Below, in pieces: positions 7,347-11,978 of a DNA stretch of 11,978 bases; the first letter of the stretch is position 1, and the number at the start of each line of letters is the position of its first letter. The DNA lies in contig JBBIOM010000003.1 of NCBI GenBank assembly GCA_037443365.1, forward strand, positions 116,472 to 128,449, in the 5' to 3' direction. The notes under the pieces were generated by a model, which saw only the letters and a list, made by a program, of their open reading frames with translations, searched no databases and was not told the DNA's origin. The position numbers were made by a program, and so were the translations under genes. This DNA comes from Armatimonadota bacterium. GTDB lineage: Bacteria > Sysuimicrobiota > Sysuimicrobiia > Sysuimicrobiales > Humicultoraceae.

Positions 7347-7589
7347 TCACCCTTCGCTCACCGGCGTGACTACGCAGGTAGTCGTGCGCGTGACGCCGCT
7401 CGTCTCCTGGAACCTGGAGACGATCAGCCTGCCCAGCGTGTCCATGCTCTCGGTCTCCACGAAGGCGATGATGTCGGTCGGCCCGGTCACGGCGTGCGCC
7501 ATCTTGACGCCCGGGGTGCGCTGGATGTGTGCCAGCGCCTCGGACAGCCTTCCCGGCAGGATGCGTATGAGCACGTACGCTTGAACCAT
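7347..7589 (-). CDS. Stand-alone Lrp/AsnC ligand-binding (RAM) domain protein
   Basis: 80 aa: MVQAYVLIRILPG...GVKMAHAVTGPTDIIAFVE...GVTRTTTCVV, matching the RAM pattern (V.G..D, GV..T.T). No HTH. Purine-rich SD (GGGAGGGAG) upstream on the minus strand. Confidence 0.9.
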   Translation of the reverse strand: MVQAYVLIRILPGRLSEALAHIQRTPGVKMAHAVTGPTDIIAFVETESMDTLGRLIVSRFQETSGVTRTTTCVVTPVSEG

Positions 7590-7613
7590 CTCTTCTCCCT
7601 CCCCTGCTCGAAG

Positions 7614-7877
7614 TCAGGGCCCCAGCGTCATCAACAGATCCACGAGCAGACTGCGCACAAGGTGGAGCAGCAGGACGGCGACTATCGGCGACAGGTCCAG
7701 GCCTCCGGCCGATGGCATCACCCTGCGGATGGGGTCGAGGATGGGCGAGGTGAGATCATTGATCAACTTCACCCCGGGATGCCGGACGGCCGGGAACCAC
7801 GAGAGGATCACGCGCGCGAAGATGAGCACGATGACGATCTTGTAGACCAGATCGAGGAGGTAGACCATCTCCAGCAT
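7614..7877 (-). CDS. yggT: YggT family membrane protein
   Basis: IFARVILSWFP...LTSPILDPIRRVMPSAGGLDLSPIVA matches the YggT pattern. ATG at 7877 with GGGAGAG upstream is preferred over GTG 7922. Confidence 0.92.
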   Translation of the reverse strand: MLEMVYLLDLVYKIVIVLIFARVILSWFPAVRHPGVKLINDLTSPILDPIRRVMPSAGGLDLSPIVAVLLLHLVRSLLVDLLMTLGP

Positions 7878-7925
7878 CCGTCTCTCCCGCGGCAATCCTC
7901 CGGCGACGCACGGAGCCCACACGTG

Positions 7926-7934
7926 ATTGTAGCA
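7926..7934 (-). promoter_or_regulatory. Putative extended -10 promoter for yggT and the RAM-domain gene
   Basis: The minus strand reads TG-C-TACAAT (7934 to 7926). This predicts a start near 7919 and a ~40-nt leader containing the SD. Confidence 0.6.
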
Positions 7935-7981
7935 ATCCGGCCCCGGGCAGGCAACGACGCGGTCCCAAACGCTGGCGGCGC

Positions 7982-7992
7982 TGTGGCATAAT
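7982..7992 (+). promoter_or_regulatory. Putative extended -10 promoter for ccdA (probably a leaderless transcript)
   Basis: TGTG-G-CATAAT (7982-7992), ending 6 nt before ATG 7999. No SD upstream of that ATG. Confidence 0.6.
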
Positions 7993-7998
7993 ACCGGT

Positions 7999-8727
7999 AT
8001 GGGCGAGGTGGGATTGGTACTGGCCTTCTCGGCCGGCGTGCTGGGCTTCGCGAGCCCGTGCGTCGTTCCGTTGATGCCGGGCTACCTCTCGTTCGTCTCA
8101 GGGCTGCGCCTGGCCGAGATGAGCGCGGAGGAGCGGCGCCGGCACCTGGGCCGGATAATGGCGGGGGCGGGCTTCTTCGTTCTGGGCTTCGCCGCGGTGT
8201 TCACCGCCATGGGCGCCTCGGCCTCGGTGCTGGGCGCCCTCGTGCTCGAGAACCGCGTGCTGCTGACGCGCCTGGGAGGCGTGATCGTGATACTGCTGGG
8301 CCTGGGCGTGCTGGGCGTGGTCCACGTGCCCGGGTTCTCGAGAGAGCGCCGGTTTGCGGTGAGACGCCGCCCCCTCGGCCTGGCGGGCGCGTTTCCTGTG
8401 GGCATGGCGTTCGGCTTCGCCTGGACGCCGTGCGTGGGCCCGGTGCTCGCAGCGGTGCTTGCGATGGCGGCGACGGCGCAAACGGCATCGAGCGGAGCGC
8501 TGCTCTTGTTCGCATACTCGCTGGGTCTGGGCCTGCCGTTCCTTGCCACCGCGGCCTTGACGACGGCCGCCTTCGACGCCTTAGGGTGGTTGCGCCGGCG
8601 CTCCCGCCCGGTCTCGGCGGTCAGCGGGATCTTTCTTGTCGTGATGGGCGGCGCAATGGCAACCGACCTGCTGTTCGTGCTCAACGCCTGGATCATGCGG
8701 CTGGTACCGTTCCGGCCCGTCATCTGA
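7999..8727 (+). CDS. ccdA: CcdA / DsbD transmembrane-domain thiol-disulfide electron transporter
   Basis: AGVLGFASPCVVPLMPGYLS and GMAFGFAWTPCVGPVL carry the two redox Cys. Also LLFAYSLGLGLPF and about 6 TM segments. Confidence 0.94.
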   Translation: MGEVGLVLAFSAGVLGFASPCVVPLMPGYLSFVSGLRLAEMSAEERRRHLGRIMAGAGFFVLGFAAVFTAMGASASVLGALVLENRVLLTRLGGVIVILLGLGVLGVVHVPGFSRERRFAVRRRPLGLAGAFPVGMAFGFAWTPCVGPVLAAVLAMAATAQTASSGALLLFAYSLGLGLPFLATAALTTAAFDALGWLRRRSRPVSAVSGIFLVVMGGAMATDLLFVLNAWIMRLVPFRPVI

Positions 8728-8753
8728 GATCCGGCGAAACGGGAGATCTTGAG

Positions 8754-10130
8754 ATGAGGCCATCTGCAACCCGCAGGAGGCGACCGCGCCTCCCCGCGAT
8801 AGTCCTGCTGCTGTTCCTCGTGGCGGCGCCGCTGGCCGCGCCCCCGGCGCAAGCGTCCGATGTGGGCCTGGTGTTGGAGGCGCTGGGGGTGTTGCGCGAG
8901 CAGTACGTGGATCCCGTGGACTCAGTTGCCCTGCTCAACGGCGCGATAGGGGGATTGCGCTCGGCGCTCTCGGCCGCGGGCATCCAGGCCGGCCTAGCCG
9001 AGATCCCGCCCGGCACGCCCAACGGGCAGGCCGATGCCGCCTTCCGCGCCCGGTTCGACGTCGCGGTCGCATCCGCCGGCGGCCGCGTCCCTGGCGCGGT
9101 GCTGGCCTACGCCGCGATCCGCGCCATGACCGCCGTGCTCCGCGACTCGCACACCGGCTTCCTCACGCCTGAGCAGAACCGGGAGCGGCAGGCCCGACAG
9201 CGCCAGCAGGCGGCGTTCTCAGGCGTCGGGGTGGTGCTGATGCCGCGCGAGGGGCGCTTCTATGTGCGCGACGTCATACCGGGCAGCCCGGCCGAGGCCG
9301 CCGGGGTGCAGGCGCTGGATCGCATCCTGAGGATCGACGCGGTGCCTACCACCGGGCTCCAGGTGGAGCAGGTGGCGGGTACGATTCGCGGCCCTGCCGG
9401 CACGTCGGTGACGCTCACGCTCGAGCGTCCCGGCCGCAGGGAAAGCGTCGTCGTGACGGTGACGCGCGCTCCGATTCAGGTCCCGGCGATCTTCCAGGCC
9501 CGCGTGCTGGACGGCGGGATCGGGTACCTGCAGCTCTACCAGTTCATCACGCGCACCGGGGCGGAGTTCCGGCAGGCGCTGGAGCGGATGCTCTCGGGCG
9601 GGATGCGCGCGCTCGTGCTCGACCTACGCTCCAACAGCGGCGGCTACCTGCACGAGCTGACCGCGGTCGCGAACACCACGCTGCTTCCGGGGCAGCCCAT
9701 CTACCAGGAGACCTCGCGCGGGGGGCGCACTCGCACGATACGGACAACCGCGGCGCCGATTCTGCCCTCGCACGTGCCCGTGGTCGCGCTCGTTGACGAG
9801 GGAAGCGCGTCGGCTGCGGAGCTGCTAGCCGCCGCCCTGTCGGAGCATGCCCGCGCGACGCTGGTGGGCGCCAGGACGAGCGGCGCGGTCGAGGCCTCGG
9901 TACTCTACGACCTCTCGGACGGATCGGCGCTCAGCGTGACCGTGCTGCGGCTCGCCTCAGGGATGGGGCGGCGCCTGGAAGGGGTCGGGGTCTCCCCCGA
10001 CATCGCGGTGGCGCTCGCGGTCGCCGATCTCGACCAGGGCCGCGACACCCAGCTCCAGCGCGCGCTGCTGGTCGCAAGGCAACGCCTGGGACTGGCGCGG
10101 CGGGCGGCGCCGATCGCCGCCGGGCGCTAG
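8754..10130 (+). CDS. S41 family peptidase with PDZ domain (CtpA-like architecture), secreted, atypical active site
   Basis: SD-like GGGAGA at 8741-8746 before ATG 8754. Signal peptide ending PAQA. PDZ motifs FSGVGV and PGSPAEAAGVQALDRI. Protease motifs GIGYLQL, LVLDLRSNSGG, EGSASAAE, GVGVSPDI. The ORF-track extension to 8058 overlaps ccdA and is spurious. Confidence 0.93.
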   Translation: MRPSATRRRRPRLPAIVLLLFLVAAPLAAPPAQASDVGLVLEALGVLREQYVDPVDSVALLNGAIGGLRSALSAAGIQAGLAEIPPGTPNGQADAAFRARFDVAVASAGGRVPGAVLAYAAIRAMTAVLRDSHTGFLTPEQNRERQARQRQQAAFSGVGVVLMPREGRFYVRDVIPGSPAEAAGVQALDRILRIDAVPTTGLQVEQVAGTIRGPAGTSVTLTLERPGRRESVVVTVTRAPIQVPAIFQARVLDGGIGYLQLYQFITRTGAEFRQALERMLSGGMRALVLDLRSNSGGYLHELTAVANTTLLPGQPIYQETSRGGRTRTIRTTAAPILPSHVPVVALVDEGSASAAELLAAALSEHARATLVGARTSGAVEASVLYDLSDGSALSVTVLRLASGMGRRLEGVGVSPDIAVALAVADLDQGRDTQLQRALLVARQRLGLARRAAPIAAGR

Positions 10131-10141
10131 GGGGATTCGAG

Positions 10142-11959
10142 ATGCTGCCTTCCGAACGTCTGCGCGACAAGCTGATCGTGAGCAACGGCAAGGGCACACA
10201 GGTCTACCGCAACCTGGCCGGCGCCTACCGCTTCGATCGTTTTGAGCTCCACCTCGATGTCGTGCACGCCGATCCCTTTGCGCCGTCATGCTGGGCGCGG
10301 GTGCGCGTTGACCAGGCCGAGGCCCAGGTTCCAGGGGAGATGTGGGCGAGCCCGTCCGGCCGCCTGGCCGCGGAGGACTTCCTGGCTCGCGCTGTGCAGG
10401 ATGCGATTGCGCGCCATGTCCGCACACGCTGGCAGGGGCGCGCCGCGCCCGCGGCCATCCAGGCAGGCGGAGAAACGGTCTTGCAGCGCGCGTGCTGCTC
10501 GATCGGGGAGGAGTCCGTAGAGATCCGTCTGACCATAGGGCTCCCAGCCGAGGGACGCAAGGTGCAGGCCAGGCTGGCACAGACGCTGCTCCTCGAGGAG
10601 CTGCCGGCCGTGGTTGGGGCCGGAATGGTGTGGGCCAACCTCGACGCGGCGGCCGGGGTTCGACACCGTGACACGCTCGAGGACTACCTGGCGCTGCGCT
10701 CGATGCTGGACGGGCTAGGGCTCGTGGCGTTCGTCGCCGACGGCTCGATCCTTCCCAGAGAAGGCGGCGGGGGCGACCGGCCGCTGCGGGCAGGGCGCGC
10801 CGTGCCCTTGCACGCGCCGGACGAGATGGCGGTGACGGTGGCGCTGCCGCACCGGGGAACGGTAAGGGGGCTCGGCATCCCCCGCGGTGTAACGGTCATC
10901 GCCGGGGGCTCCTTCAGCGGGAAGTCGGCGCTGCTCGATGCGCTCTGCGCCGGCGTGTATCCCCATGTTCCCGGGGACGGGCGCGAGCTCGTGGCCACGC
11001 TCCCCGACGCGGTCAGGATCGTTGCCGAGCCCGGCCGGCGCGTCGAGCGCGTAGATGTCAGCGCATTTGTGCGGCACCTGCCAGGTCGTTCTGACGCCAC
11101 CGGGGCCTCGTTTGAGCACGCGAGCGGAATGGTCTCAATGGCCGCCGGCGTCGCGGAGGCCGTCGAGGTGGGAACCCGGGCGCTGCTGTTCGATGAGGAC
11201 GACAGCGCGGTGACGTTCCTTGCGCGGGACGCTGCGATGCGGCATCTAGCGCCGGCCGAGCGCGATCCTGCGACCCCGCTGGTGGACCGCGCCCGCGCGC
11301 TGTGGGAGGTCTGCGGGATCTCCTCGGTGATCGCCACCGGGAGTCTCGGGGATTACCTCGAGGTTGCGGATACGGTGATCGTCATGGAAGGGTTCCAGCC
11401 GCACGCGGCGACCGAGCAGGCGCGCGGCATCGTTGAGGGCCTCGGCGGGCGCCGCACGCGCGCCGGAGGGGAGTTCGGCATGCCTGCGCCGCGCTGCCCT
11501 CTGCCCAGGGGATTTGGCGGGATGCGGGGACGCGGCCAACGGACCGAGCCGCGCGAAGGCGCACAGATCGGCATCGGGCGCGAGACCGTGAGCACCTCCG
11601 CGCTCAGGCAGCTCGTTGACGCGGGCCAGGCACGCGCGGCCGGCGACGCTGTGCTCTACGCGCTGGCGAAGAACTACGTGGACGGGAACGCCTCGATCGC
11701 CGAGATCCTGGACCGCGTCTTCGCGGACATAGACGAGCGCGGGCTGGGCGTGCTTGCGCCCGAAGGCGTCCATGCCGGCGGCTACGCGCTTCCCAGGCGG
11801 CACGAGGTGGCAGGGGTTCTGAACCGCATGCGGGCCCTGCAGGTGCGGACGAAGCGTGCCGCTGCGGATGCCGCGGCAGCAGCCGCTGCGCACGCGCCCG
11901 AGCCCGAAGCCGACCCCGCGCTTCAACCAGAGCAGGCCGAGACTCAGGTACCCCCGTGA
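10142..11959 (+). CDS. Predicted ATPase of the ABC class (COG3044 / ABC-ATPase domain protein, MRB1590-like), divergent
   Basis: DPFAP, GLPAEGR, VAFVADGSILPR, GIPRGVTVIAGGSFSGKS (Walker A, 10904-10927), GVYPHVPGDGRE, LLFDED (Walker B, 11183-11200), GDYLEVAD, PRRHEVAGVLNRMR. Ala/Pro/Glu-rich tail. Confidence 0.9.
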   Translation: MLPSERLRDKLIVSNGKGTQVYRNLAGAYRFDRFELHLDVVHADPFAPSCWARVRVDQAEAQVPGEMWASPSGRLAAEDFLARAVQDAIARHVRTRWQGRAAPAAIQAGGETVLQRACCSIGEESVEIRLTIGLPAEGRKVQARLAQTLLLEELPAVVGAGMVWANLDAAAGVRHRDTLEDYLALRSMLDGLGLVAFVADGSILPREGGGGDRPLRAGRAVPLHAPDEMAVTVALPHRGTVRGLGIPRGVTVIAGGSFSGKSALLDALCAGVYPHVPGDGRELVATLPDAVRIVAEPGRRVERVDVSAFVRHLPGRSDATGASFEHASGMVSMAAGVAEAVEVGTRALLFDEDDSAVTFLARDAAMRHLAPAERDPATPLVDRARALWEVCGISSVIATGSLGDYLEVADTVIVMEGFQPHAATEQARGIVEGLGGRRTRAGGEFGMPAPRCPLPRGFGGMRGRGQRTEPREGAQIGIGRETVSTSALRQLVDAGQARAAGDAVLYALAKNYVDGNASIAEILDRVFADIDERGLGVLAPEGVHAGGYALPRRHEVAGVLNRMRALQVRTKRAAADAAAAAAAHAPEPEADPALQPEQAETQVPP

Positions 11960-11978
11960 GCAGGCCGTCGCGCGCAGG
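11956..11978 (+). CDS. Possible start of the next, translationally coupled gene (truncated by the window end)
   Basis: GTG overlaps the TGA of the ATPase gene (GTGA), as at 647 and 6159. Only 7 codons are visible (MSRPSRA). Confidence 0.3.

Noticed and set aside
8727..8749. Weak hairpin AGATC...GATCT over the protease SD
   Set aside because: Short and interrupted, so not distinguishable from chance.
8058..8753. Apparent 232-aa N-terminal extension of the S41 protease, or a ccdA-protease frameshift fusion
   Set aside because: It is an off-frame read of ccdA. ccdA has a normal stop, and the protease has its own SD, ATG and signal peptide.
8769..8789. TRRRRPR as a Tat signal on the protease
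   Set aside because: It lacks the S/T-R-R-x-F-L-K consensus. A basic n-region of a Sec signal is enough to explain it.
11857..11955. Ala-rich and Pro/Glu-rich tail of the ATPase as a repeat element
   Set aside because: It is a low-complexity protein tail with mixed codons and no tandem DNA repeat.
10142..11959. COG3044 ATPase as the missing NBD of the peptide ABC importer
   Set aside because: It belongs to a different, non-transporter-type family, lacks DppD/F features (LSGG signature, C-terminal oligopeptide domain) and lies in a separate transcription unit.
1..11978. CRISPR arrays, tRNA/rRNA genes, IS elements, prophage or defence genes
   Set aside because: I found no spaced direct repeats, RNA-gene signatures, or transposase, integrase or nuclease motifs. 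The intergenic gaps are all 121 bp or less.

Overview
High-GC, gene-dense bacterial chromosomal window with 13 supportable CDSs. I see no rRNA/tRNA genes, mobile elements, CRISPR arrays or long repeats. Plus strand: the 3' part of a GGDEF diguanylate cyclase, a COG2426-type small membrane protein, a Dpp/Opp/Gsi-type ABC importer (binding protein plus two permeases, no ATPase genes), a pyruvoyl-dependent AdoMet decarboxylase-family proenzyme (speD/speH), an AEC-family transporter and an Fsr-like MFS transporter. A short minus-strand pair (yggT, stand-alone Lrp/AsnC ligand-binding domain) converges on the MFS gene. It shares a divergent promoter region with a plus-strand unit of ccdA, an S41/PDZ protease and a COG3044-type ABC-class ATPase. 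The most notable points are: (i) the CtpA-like protease has Ala at the catalytic Lys position and no lysine at all; (ii) the COG3044 ATPase is divergent at normally conserved motifs; (iii) speD, with an unusual C-terminal extension and no speE, sits among five transporter genes; (iv) ccdA is probably leaderless; (v) an alternative RNA pairing could cover the speD start codon. Family calls come from motif recognition and recall, not database searches. None of this demonstrates a new system.
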